A stretch of 64,000 nt of DNA, taken from assembly GCA_030141605.1 (NCBI GenBank), contig JAQGDQ010000211.1:319855-383854 (forward strand), given 5' to 3'. Shown piece by piece: positions 12,306 to 25,100 of the stretch (positions are counted from its first letter, which is position 1; every line of letters starts with the position of its first letter). A program made the position numbers and the translations under genes. The notes beneath the pieces are model-generated. The model saw only the letters and a list, made by a program, of their open reading frames with translations. It made no database searches and was not told where the DNA came from. The stretch comes from Tubiluchus corallicola (Eukaryota; Animalia; Priapulida).

Positions 12306-14224
12306 CTTTTACCTCACTTTTTTCTTGTTCTCCTTTTTCTTTTACAGCTTTCTACTAACACTGAGTTGTCCTCCATTTTTTAATCTCCTCATTGATATAT
12401 TATGCACTTTCTTATGCACCTTGTTTATTTTTGTCTTTTCTCTGCAAAACAATTGTGTAAAGTATGATAAAGCAACGTATTTTTATCGTACCTAGATTCC
12501 TAGATTCTTAAATTACCTAGATTAATGACAAATCTCGCAAAACGCTACTAAATATGAAAGGTTTTATGCTGATGGTGACGACAATGATAATGAATTGATG
12601 CTAACTGATGATGATAACGAATTTCCATCGTAACACACTCAAGCAGTTAGCTTTAAAATAATTTACAAGGCTGCTTTTGTATCATTGTATTGATGATATG
12701 TTAGGTCAGTTATAGACACGAATTGAACCATTAATTTTTGTATAATTCAATATTTTCCCAAAAAGTTCATCCTGTTTTACTGAAAATATGTTTATACGTT
12801 ACAGATGCAGATGATTTTAATTTGGAATTAGATAAACAAAATGTTATATATATATATGTTATAATAAATGTTTACATATATGTTATAATAAAATGTTGTA
12901 TTTAATTAAAAACATTGGTGTATATAGAATTCATTTAATTTTGTCTAGCTAACTGAATTACAGGGAGAAAACTGGACCAGAACTAGGATTAGTATGTGCA
13001 AATAACACTCGCTTATTTCAAAAATGCAAAATTAGGTAAAATTCTAGTTCCACTACGTAGAAGTAATGCTCGGGTATTTCAAAAAGCTCGAAGAATTCAA
13101 GATGTTCTAACACATCTTGTCTCGCGAGCGTGTCTGCTCTGGTCAATACTCATCAATGGCATGTTTTCTAGCGTTGTAGTGTTCATTCTGTTATTTCGGC
13201 TGTGTGACGGGTTGAGGTTCGATGAAAGTCCATGATATTGAAGTCTAATATAATGTCAATCATTTTCGTTGACTGCCCAATCAGCGTGCAAGTTATTTCA
13301 CACACCTGCAGAGCTTAATAAACGCAAGCACGTTCGGGACATTTAGCTATAGTTCCGTGTAACACTGTTGTGAAAAATGCTCAACTTTTCATTAGTTAGC
13401 GGGAGAAATATTGGCCTGGTTCTAGATTCTGTCATTGTAAATTGAAATTGCACGTGAATTAGTAGAAATATATAGTCTAGTTTCGTTTATAGGAAGAAAT
13501 GTACAACGCTTACGTCGATGAGTTATGAGTTGCTGATCAAACCATTTTGCATTCAAGAAAATACGCAGTTTACTTTAGTTTATGGTTTTGCAAGTTAGAT
13601 AAAACAACTATTTAATTAACTTTAAAGAAGGACAAAACAAAATGTTTTTTTCTGGCCAATTTTTATAAACCTCAATAAGATGTTCACAATCAAAATTAGT
13701 TCAAATGTTGTCAAAACTTACATTGTATGTCAATGTAATATTTGGTAATTTTACGCTACTTTTCTGGTTATAATCGTGGTTAAAAGATACCATTGGGACT
13801 TATGTGACTCGGGCATTCAATATAAGAGTCATCTATGGAACGGAACAGTCAAATTTATTCCATTTCCGTAGCCTGACAAACGAAAAATTACAAAAACTTA
13901 ATAAATCTTGCAGACGAGCACATGATTAATTAATATAGAAAAATACATCGCAGGCTTGATGTTCGTATGTTCAAAGGCAAGAGAGACTTAATATTTTTGA
14001 TTTGTAAGCAAGGCCAATTGGCTTAGTTTCTTTGTTATACTTATGTCTCTGTATTCTGTAGTGCTTTGAAACTTCGTCTCTACATTCTGTTTAAATTGAA
14101 AAGTCGTTTTTGGCTACTTGAAGTGTAAATTTCGTTTAAAAATAGCTGTGCTCTGCAATTTTGTGTTTATGAAAAAGTGCAATCAGTTTATCTGCTAATT
14201 AGACATTAGTTGTGACTGTCATGT

Positions 14225-14497
14225 AGTTTAGTTTAGTTTGGTTTGGTTTGGTTTGGTGTGGTTTGGTTTGGTTTGGTTTGGTTTGGTTTGGTTTGGTTTG
14301 GTTTGGTTTGGTTTGGTTTGGTTTGGTTTGGTTTAGTTTAGTTTAGTTTAGTTTAGTTTAGTTTAGTTTAGTTTAGTTTAGTTTAGTTTAGTTTAGTTTA
14401 GTTTAGTTTAGTTTAGTTTAGTTTAGTTTAGTTTAGTTTAGTTTAGTTTAGTTTAGTTTAGTTTAGTTTAGTTTAGTTTAGTTTAGTTTAGTTTAGA
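14225..14497. repeat. (GTTTG)n/(GTTTA)n pentanucleotide repeat
   Basis: Direct reading. Confidence 0.95.
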
Positions 14498-15334
14498 CAG
14501 TTGTTGTCCTGCGTGACTGTTGTTCCGAATACTGCTGAGCGTGCTTACGTCATAGAGGAGGCGGAGCGATAGACCAATACGTTTGACGTCAATTCAGTTC
14601 AGCTGAACCCCCCCGTCCCCCAATCATACTCTTTTAGGTCTAGGGAGTGCGAGACGCCCGAGGCTTTCACACTAAATCTTGACCAGGATCTGTAGCGGAT
14701 AGCCCCTATAGGCTGAATAATAAAATCATAATAATTATAAAATCATAATCCGCCGCTGACCATGACTGATTTGCACTTGTTTAGATCAGCAGTACTTTGA
14801 TGTAATAAATTATTCTGTATCCTTACTCGCTTGTTTTGTGCACAATACCCCCCCCCTTTAGCAAATGATTATGTACCACCCTTAAACAGCTAATCAAAAA
14901 AGCTTGGTAATACTTACATGTGTAATAGAGTGTGGTGAAACTCTGCTTTTTTTATCCAATTTTTTTAAAACTTTACCTACTTTGAAGGTTTGATGAGGTA
15001 AATTTTCAGGTTTGGAAACACGGGTCTCCACTCATCTTAAAATTTCGGAATACAACTCATTTATAATGTTGCAGATACAATTTCCTAACATACAAACTGT
15101 CACAGTTCTAGCAATTAGGCCCTATTTACCTGTATACCTGTATGATGCTATTTACCTGTATACTATTCAATTATTTGCACCTTTGTAGACTGGAAGTTTA
15201 CTGTACATTAGGGTGTGGTGGAAATAACATTTTTATCCAATCTTTTTACAACTCTTCCTACTTCGGAAGTTTGATGAGATGCTAACATGGGTAAATTTTC
15301 AGCTAGATTAAGCTTTGGGAACACGGGTCTCCAC

Positions 15335-15722
15335 TAAGGGTGACCATCGAACGAGTTTTTTAAGTTCGAATTTGATTTGAACCTGAAATTTTATATTCGA
15401 ATAATTCATCACTCCAGCCACACACGTTCTTTGGCATTAAAATGTTTGAAGCATCATGCACTTAGCACAATTTAGCTGCAGTTTCTGTGCAAAATTTTTA
15501 GCAAACTAATGGCGGTTTTACTGCAGAACAAAATCAAGTAACATGCACGATCTTTGTAAGACCACTTTTTACTAGTGGTTCGAAAACTTATTCGAAAATC
15601 TTCCAAACTAAATTCGAATTCGCTTCGCATTCGAAATACTGAAATTCAGTTCGATTCGAATTCGAAAGTCACAAATTCGATTCGATTCGAATTCGCTTTC
15701 TGGTAGAGAATGCTCACACCTA
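15335..15722. mobile_element. hAT-type MITE (family F) with perfect 8-bp TSD
   Basis: Ends TAAGGGTGACCA and TGCTCACACCTA. TSD GTCTCCAC at 15327-15334 and 15723-15730. Internal TTCGAA-rich subterminal motifs. Second copy at 62160-62525. Confidence 0.88.
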
Positions 15723-16011
15723 GTCTCCACTCATCTTAAGATATCGCAATTACGCTCATTCATGTAGTAATTTGACAAACTTTAAAAACTATTACATCTA
15801 CTCCACTGAGTAAAGAAAAGTTGTGTTAAATAGTGATTTTGATTAGATTGGCGATTAAATTATTAAATTAATAATTCAAGATTAAATGCTTGACGATGCA
15901 AGATAAAACTATCGTCGAGGCTAAAAGCCTAGTTAGGTGTGGCATCACGTGACCAGCTGATGTTCGAACAGGCTGATTCAGAAGTAAAGATTGATAATGT
16001 AATCCTTCATC

Positions 16012-16543
16012 ATGCTGTAAAGATAATAACAGCCATTCAATATTGCCGAATTGTAACTGTGGATTTCGATTTGTGTCTGTTGAACACTTTTTGCTGCACT
16101 GCCCATTGTATCAACAAACTAGGGTTGCTATGTTTGATAAATTAAATGAAATACTTCTGCCCGAAAACCTTAATATAGCTGCCTTAGGAACTAATGATCT
16201 GTTGAAGTTGTTATTATTCGGAAAAGATGAATTTAACTATGTTGCTAACTGTAAAATATTCCAATGCATACATGACTTTATATTACGTACTAAACCTTCC
16301 TGTAGTTTCTATCTGATATGAAATGCATCAGTCTTAAATATTCGTACATTAATATTTTCTAACCGTCATTTTCTACTAATGTCTAATGTAATCTTGTAGT
16401 AAAACTTGTGAGCTCGTGTAATTATAGTCTATTCTTACTGTAAATGTTTTTGTAAATAGTGTGTAAAGTCTGTTGTGGTGAGGATCCTAAATCATGTTGT
16501 TCAAACTGTCTGATCCAATCCTATAATAAATTATGTTTAAACT
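16012..16543 (+). mobile_element. 5'-truncated LINE (CR1/L2-like) with Cys/His C-terminal motif
   Basis: CNCG...VEHFLLHCPLY..R...LLLFG...IFQCIHDFILRTK is typical of a LINE ORF2 end. Flanked by a duplicated taatccttcatc. Confidence 0.7.
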
Positions 16544-16864
16544 AATCCTTCATCGTGGCTGGAAGCCTAGTTAGATGTGGTATCACGTGACCAGCTGATG
16601 TTCGACCGGCTGACTCAGAAGTAAAGATTGATGACGTAATCCTTCATCGTGGCTCCCTCACACGTCACGTAATAAACAACAATAATCAGCAAGCAACTTT
16701 AACCACTATAATAAACAGACTAACGCAACCACTATACCAATTATTTTACTCACTGACCTAGCAATTTCACCTGTAGTTTGCAATGATTAATAGTTATCGC
16801 GCACAGATGAGTGGAGACACGTGTTCCCAATGTTTAATCAAGCTAAAAATTTACTCATGTTGGT

Positions 16865-17360
<496 letters not shown>

Positions 17361-17361
<1 letters not shown>

Positions 17362-17592
17362 GTATAGACGATGAAATGCTTTTTTATGACATGTCCTGCT
17401 TATCAAAATGAGAGAAAAGTTGTATTTGAAAATATTTTAAAAATATTTCCTCCTTTTGCAAAAATGCCTGTAAGTGAACAGTTTGTGTTTATTAATGGCC
17501 TAAATGATGTAGAGATAAGAACCTTAGTAATAAATTTTATATACGACATCAGTAAGAAAAGGGAAGAAAAACAGGACTGCAAATATCTTTAA
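17361..17592 (+). mobile_element. Decayed LINE ORF2 3' fragment
   Basis: [17 protein letters not shown] (with a frameshift) resembles the EDExHFLxxCPxYxxxR motif of non-LTR elements. Confidence 0.5.
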
Positions 17593-17669
17593 TTTAAACT
17601 CGCAGCCAACAGAATGTATTCTTCTTATTGTTGTTTTTCTGTGTCACAACTGTGCTTTTGTTAGTATTG

Positions 17670-18615
17670 TACTTTTGTTATCATTGTGCTTGGGTTATCT
17701 TTTGTGTTTGTGTTATCTTTGTGCTTTTGTCATCATTGTGCTTGTGTTATCTTTTGTGCTTTTGTCATCATTGTACTTGTGCTATCTTTGAGCTTGTGTT
17801 ATCATTGTGCTTTTGTCATCAGTGTGCTTTTGTTATCATTTTGCTTTTGTCATCATTGTGCTTTTGTTATCATTTTGCTTTTGTCATCATTGTGCTTTCG
17901 TTATCATTGTGCTTTTGTCATCATTCCGCCTTTGTCATCATTGTGCTTTTGTCATCATTCCGTTTTTGTCATCATTGTGTTTTCGTTATCATTGTACTTT
18001 TGTTATTATTGTGCTTGGGTTATCTTTTGTGCTTGTGTTATCTTTGTGCTTTTGTCATCATTGTGCTTGTGTTATCTTTTGTGCTTTTGTCATCATTGTG
18101 CTTGTGCTATCTTTGAGCTTGTGTTATCATTGTGCTTTTGTCATCAGTGTGCCTTTGTTATCATTTTGCTTTTGTCATCATTGTGCTTTTGTTGTCATTT
18201 TGCTTTTGTCATCATTGTGCTTTCGTTATCATTGTGCTTTTGTGATCATTCCGCCTTTGTCATCATTGTGCTTTTGTCATCATTCCGCTTTTGTCATCAT
18301 TGTGTTTTCGTTATCATTGTGCTTTTGTTATCGTTGTGCCTCTGTTATCATTGTGCTTTTGTCACCATTCCGCTTTTGTCATCATTGTGTTTTCGTTATC
18401 ATTGTGCTTTTGTTATCATTGTGCTTGTGTTATCAGTGTGCTTTTCTTATCATTGTGCTTTCATTATCATTGTGCTTTTGTCATCATTGTGCTTTCGTTA
18501 TCATTGTGCTTGTGTTATCATTGTGCTTGTGTTATCATTGTGCTTTCGTTATCATTGTGCTTTCGTTATAATTGTGCTTTCGTTATCGTTGTACTTTTGT
18601 TATCATTGTGCTTTT
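17670..18615. repeat. ~17-bp minisatellite (GTTATCATTGTGCTTTT and variants)
   Basis: Direct periodicity. Source of the Cys/Phe-rich ORFs. Confidence 0.92.
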
Positions 18616-21497
18616 CTTAGTATTGTGTGTTTTTTCGTATTATTGTCCCTCCTACGTTTGAACTGCTCCATATAGGATCGACGTTTTTTTCTCTTCGTGT
18701 TGTATGCTCTGTAAACACTATATAAAATAAATTGTTTTTTTTATTTAGTAAATTTGTTTATCTACCCGTGTCTCGGTTTTATTTACACAATAACCTATGA
18801 GATTGTGCGAAAACATCCGATTCCCTAGCGAAATCCACCCAAATTAATCCTCTATGCGACACCTGCGTACCGTAAAACTCTCATTGTATCTAAAATAGAA
18901 CTGATTTAGGTCGTTACAGAGGTAAAAATAGTAAAGCTTATTTTATGTAACTGAGAAAATTGCGAATACGGACGTTCTAATCACCTTCTCAGATTTAGTG
19001 CAAATGCTGCGTTTCTATTTATACATTTTCTAAACGCAAATTGTATATATAATGTCGAGAACATAAAAAAATTGTTTGTTTGATCTTGAAGTGTGACATT
19101 TTAATGTAATTAGACTGGAGGTTTTTTCTGTCTAAACTATGGGATATTATTTGTATAGAAAAACAAGTTATTAGAAATTAGTATTTTGTTGATCTTCACT
19201 GTAGCTTCTTGGTACACGTAAGACATAAGAACTTTTATTTCACACAAAACAAGATATACAGATTGTAGTCAGTTGACAAGTAAATATTTAAATACTGTGG
19301 GAAAAGGGAATGACCATACGGTCTTTTACTCCCGTCCCCTACGTGTGGGGAAAGGGAACGACCTTACGGTCTGTGTTTTTTCTTAGCTGAATACTCTGCC
19401 TGAGGAGAGAATATAGCGTTTGGTACAATGCTAGATTTGGAAGGAGCGATAGACCTTTGGTACAACGAATCGCATATTTTTACATGGGGAGAGGAACCAA
19501 CTGGAGACGTCGGCCATTTTACGCAGGTAAGTGTGAAAGCTTAGGCATTGTTTGTTATTGTCTATTAGAGAAAACCCCATTACAATTACGAACCCACACA
19601 CGCGCGCGCGCGCACGCACGCCCGCACGCACACATACAGACACACAGTATCCGGATTACGTCTTGGAAATGAGAAGATGAGCTGCACGCTGGCGCCACCT
19701 GTAGCCAAGTCCAAAGAAATGATTATTTTTTATTTCAACGTACACATTACTGAGAACCAATAATAATCCTTAAGACAATATTTCGTTAGTTTGTGAGAAA
19801 CATAAGGACCTCGCCATTTGCAGGACACAAATAAACTATGGCTGTTCACAATGTAAATTTCCAAAATTTGCAAAACAAACTACGTCAATGAAATATAAAT
19901 AAATATGTTCATGTCTTTTGCACAAAATGCTAACACAACACAAGCTGTTTCATCTGCATCTACATCTTTACGTCTCAAAACCTTTTTAAACAGCCCGGGA
20001 GATGTCGCAACCAAGGACGTCTGTAAAAAAAGCAGAAGGTTTAGACCATTAAGGTACTGGTCCACTGTGTCCCACAGCCAACACAGCCAAGTGTTCATCC
20101 CTTCTAGCCGGACTATTGAATTCAGCATATTCAACGTGAATTTTCCGCTCACATTAATCATATTATAAATAATAATCTAATTAATCAGAATCTCACTAGT
20201 GCGAGCGATCTGATATCGTGTTTGCTGAGTTTGATTAGCCACCTATAAGCAATAAGCATTGGACTGTCATGGTGACTGAATCGCTATATATATGGAGGTC
20301 TAGACGCGTGACTTATAAACAGAAGGCCTCTAGTTCAAATGCAGGACGTACCCCCACTTATGTAGTGATACCCACATCAATAAATTAGGAAAAGTTCGAC
20401 TGTATGTGACAGGGCTCTCGCAGCTAAAAGTGTAATGAAAGACGAGTAAACAGTAACAGTAATTGTTGATTGACGGAAAAGAAAAAATTTACGTGTACAA
20501 AGTGAACAAAATACATGCTGGCAATTTTGCAAATTGGCACTTTCTGTTGATGGTGGTTTTGGTGAACAGGTTCGTGCGTATCCACGGAAGTAAAGCACTA
20601 TCTTATTTTCAAGGTCTTTCTTCCATATGTTTCTACATGATATGAACATTTACATGATTATCATATATACCATTGCCTTCAGTCTCATGGCCATCGATTA
20701 TATACTCTTGTTAAGGCAATTATATTTTTTGGGATGTTGGTGGGCCTTAATTTCCATCACATTCTATTTCCATGCAAATCCTTAACGGAAGTGCCTCTGG
20801 AAGGTATATCTGATGGCTCAGTTTTAATCCAGTTATAAGCCACCTACAATGTTAATTTCACTTAGGCCAGTGAAGGTATATTAAAAGTTGAATTTAATAA
20901 TTTGGGTTCAAGCCGTTGCTATCACAATGTAAGTAGATTTATATTAAATTTTATATACACCAATTATTGATACAGCTAGTTAGGGGTAGCGGACACTTAG
21001 TCACATTACACAAATTCTCTGATACAGCCTAAAAGCTCACGAAGTAAGTAAAACGAAAGTGATTCGAATCAAACTATTGTGTAGGAATCGGAGGCTGTCC
21101 TTACACTACCGGGCAAAATCGTGTACATTGCACACACTGTTTACTTGAGTGGAGGCATGTACTTATTATAATTACCTAATTCGCGATTTTCGAAGCTTTT
21201 TGGTTGGGTGTCGGCGTTTAGATTAGTCCAAAATGTATCGTACCTTGTACAGACGAGTGAGCAATCAGGTACTATATTATACTATTATTTTCGATCATGG
21301 TTGGGTCACTTGGGTGCTCCCTGTTACATCACCTAGTTTTTGTACGTCTCTCTGTACACACGGTATAACACTGGGTCTTGCTTGTAGAGTCGACATTGAC
21401 CTGAAATCCAAACTACCCTATTTTCTTTGCTCCAAGGTCACAAACGTATCGTGGATTATCATATTAATACAATTTAATGATACTTTATTCAATCTTG

Positions 21498-22122
21498 GCT
21501 AAAGGGCACTCTATTACTAAACCAGGTCCTGCTTGATTTCCATTGAGCAATCGCTTATTTTGATGGCGCATTATGACGAACCGGGCTGCTCTTATGATAC
21601 GTCGTCTTATGGTCATTTTCTTTCTTGTCTATATATTTTCTTGTGCTTTTTTAAATTAATGATTTTAATCGTCAAAATTCATACGCCTAAAACTTCTGGA
21701 AATGACTACCACTATCTGTATACTGGTATTAATCAAAAATTAATCTATATATCTCAAAGTCACCAAAAAATGTGACACTTTATAATTGTCCATGATTATA
21801 TTTCCTCATGAAAAAATTGTCTTATACCTTATGATCAAACTTGTAAACGTCTTTTTTTACTTTATTTTATTCATGGCAATTCACAAGTTCGCTGTTTCAC
21901 CAAACAGTATAGTTATTTTATTTTCTGTTTATACTTTTTAATACTGTTTATAATTTTATACACAAACGTACTGGGCACAAAAATGCTGATGGTCCGCGAG
22001 TTTTCGCTATAAATGGTAAGAGCAGCACGGATTGTCATAATGCGCTAAACAATCTTATCAAATAGGTGATCGCTCAGTGAAAATCGACTGGGACCTGGAT
22101 TCTAACAGAGTGCCACAATAGC
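21498..22122. mobile_element. Fold-back element with ~100-bp imperfect inverted arms, directly upstream of ETFA
   Basis: The reverse complement of 21498-21595 (taagagcagcccggttcgtcataatgcgc...ggacctgg...agagtgccctttagc) matches 22017-22122 (taagagcagcacggattgtcataatgcgc...ggacctgg...agagtgccacaatagc). Confidence 0.7.
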
Positions 22123-22147
22123 ACAAAGTTGACGAAACGTTGATCCG

Positions 22148-25100
22148 ATGTTAATGTGCCGTCTGTGGCATTTACGTTATGTAACATTGCATCTTTTTGC
22201 ATTACGAAAATACAAATTTCTCGTTTCAGTGCAGTCAATTGCTGAAGCGTCGCGGAAGTACTCTGGTCATAGCTGAACACAACAATGAAGAGCTTACTGG
22301 AATTACCTTGAATACTATAACAGCTGCGAGTAAGATCGGAGACGTTACATGCCTTGTTGCGGGGACAAAAACATCATCGGTAAATCAATACTTAACTACA
22401 TACATATTATTTGTGTGCATAACATCAGTAAGTAAGTAAGTCAGTCAGTAAGTAAGTAAGGAAGTCAGTAAGTAAGTAAGTTTATTAGTTTATCACAATT
22501 TTTAAAATAGCAAAATACATGACTAAGAGATTTATAAATCTATACAACATACAGTAATATTACCAAGTGCAAAAGTAATTATTGATTAGTGGTGAAAGAA
22601 CTATAAGTTATCCAGGTCAGCCACCCTCTCAGGATTGTTACTAATATAATTAATTAGTTAATGCGCATGTACCAGGTAATGAAAAATTATCAGATTTTGC
22701 ATTTAAGACGAATGAAAATTATATGAATGTGTTAGTGAATAATCAAATAATGTTCAATAATGGGAAAGAAGAGACACACGTGACTATCTTTAAATAATAA
22801 TTTAACCTTTACGTATTTAAAATTAATGTTATGAGGACCTAGAGCCAAAGGAAGAAAAAGTAGCTAGCAAAAGTGGATACATCAAACGTGTTAAATAAAT
22901 AACACATCAAATGCTTTAAATAAAATCTTTGATTTTTATAATTGGCAGATAGATGGCGTTGTATCATGTACCTCAAATTTGCAAAGTCGAGTCCCTTTTG
23001 TTATTTAAACATGTTGAACATCACCTGAATACTCTGAGACATCTTATCTCAGGTATCAATGTACACCTGAGCGTTTAGTAAAAACAGAAGAATTGACCTG
23101 ACCCTTCAAACAAATGTAGAGTTGGCTTCCTTGAATATCAACTATACAACATTTCAGTTCTGCTTTTTCTTATTTGCTTCTGTTTTTTGTTTTGTTTTGT
23201 TTTTGCATGATTTATATTTAGCTTATTTTTCTTTGGTTTAATTTATTATATTCTTTTTCTCGACATTTTTGGTTGATCGTCCTTCTGTTTTTTTTGTTTC
23301 GCCGGATTTTGAAGTTGATGCTTAAATTGTGCATTTTCTGTTATGTTAAAATTTTAAGTTACTTTTATTTAGTTTCACACAGTAGTTTAGAATTGTAAAT
23401 TTTTGGTTATTTAAATTATAATGTTCTACAGTATTACGTTTCCCGTATTTTAATTGCCAATTACACACGTCAACCGAATACAAATTTAAATTCAGAATGG
23501 TGCCAAAATTAATTTGATTTAATCCTAGCTATTTAGGGGTGGCTGACTAGATAACCTACGGGTTCTTCGCTGCCCTTTTTCTTTGCTACAAACATATTGC
23601 ATGTATTCCTAATACTGTATTTTGATAATTCTTGTGTTAATAAATAAATTGAATTGAATTATACACTTAAACTGCAGAAAAAAAAGCCGTTCCTCGTGGT
23701 ACTAAACATGTCTTTGTTAAAAATTGTTTGTAATAAATTTAAGCATTTGTCATTAGAGTTTGGACAAGTGATTCAAGATTTTTTCTTTTTAACGCAACTG
23801 TCGCTTATTGTACCAAGTGCGCATTTGTAGTATTATGTGACCCATTTAATTGTCAGTCTACTACACTAAAGTACTGAATTAGTCTATGCTGCCATCTACA
23901 GTCCTTGTTTTACTCTAATTGTACAAAGTTTGTCAGAGATTGATTTTTGTTTCTAAATATTGTTTCCTTTTGCTTTATAGATATTCATTAATCAGAGTAA
24001 TTAGATTGTTAATTTCATGCTTTAATTCTGGTTCTAACTCCCTTATTTAAGTTTAAATAGAGAAAAATTATAAAACAGCTTTCTGTAAACAAATAATCTT
24101 TATTCTGCTATCAAAGAAGCCAAGTAGACTTTGATTTTGGTTTAACTAGTAGTCTGTAGAGTATAGGTGACCTTTCCATTTATGGTCTGTATGCATGAAT
24201 GTGATGTACCTTCCAATCGGAACTTGAATCTCTGGTCATGTGATTACAGCTCTATTCTCTCAGGCATGCAAGTTTCAGTTGATCTAGAGACAGCAATGTT
24301 AAAGGATGCAAATTTTCTACTGTTAAAGTAATGTTGAAGAATACAAAATTTCTACAGTATCATATTGCTAACTTTTATGACTGTTTGTTCAATTTTGTTA
24401 CTGAGGTGAACATTGTCTACATTTTATAATAAAATGATTGCAAGTTTCTACAGCAACGCAACAATCGTTGCTACTTGCCACATTGTTACTGAGCGATGTA
24501 CAAAGAGCATCATAGCATTGTCTCATGGAAACTGTGTGCTTATGTGCAGCATGTGCTTATGCTAATTCTAAATATTTTCTATTATCTTTGTAGGTTGTTG
24601 ATCAGCTGAGCAAAGTAAATTCCGTGTCAAAAATATTAGTAGCGGAAGGGGAAGCTTTTCATGGTTTCTTGCCAGGTAAGAGGCAGGCAGTTGGTGGTGG
24701 AACTGAATTAAACACATCTGATGTTGTTAGCAAACTAAAGACTTGCAGAATAGGAGAGGGAATGATGGAACATGGAAGGGAGATAGGGCAAAAGAGCGAG
24801 TGAGAGGAGGGAAGCAAAAGAAAGAGAGAGGGGGGTTAGACAGAGAGAAGAGTGAGAGCGAAAGAGAGACAGAAAAAGAGGAGACAGTGTGAGAGAAGAG
24901 GCAGTGAGAGGTTGGAAGGAAAGAGAGAGAGAGAAAGAGAGAATGTTAGAGGGAGAAGGAGAGAATGGTAGAGAGAGAAGGAGAACAAAGGAAGATGGGG
25001 GAGAAAAAGAGAGAGAACAAATGTAAAAAATGTGGTACTCATTTGTATTCATACATGTACGAATGACAATGAGTGTCAAAAATGTGACACTCAGTGGTGC

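Noticed and set aside
19880-21410. Acceptor-like sites on the minus strand (~20021, ~20843, ~21400) suggesting a divergent gene
   Set aside because: Frames close quickly, no recognisable protein, and no consistent exon chain could be built.
21983-22020. MLMVREFSL*M followed by gtaag as an ETFA first exon with stop read-through
   Set aside because: It lies inside the fold-back element, and a stop-free alternative (22148-22180) gives a better presequence.
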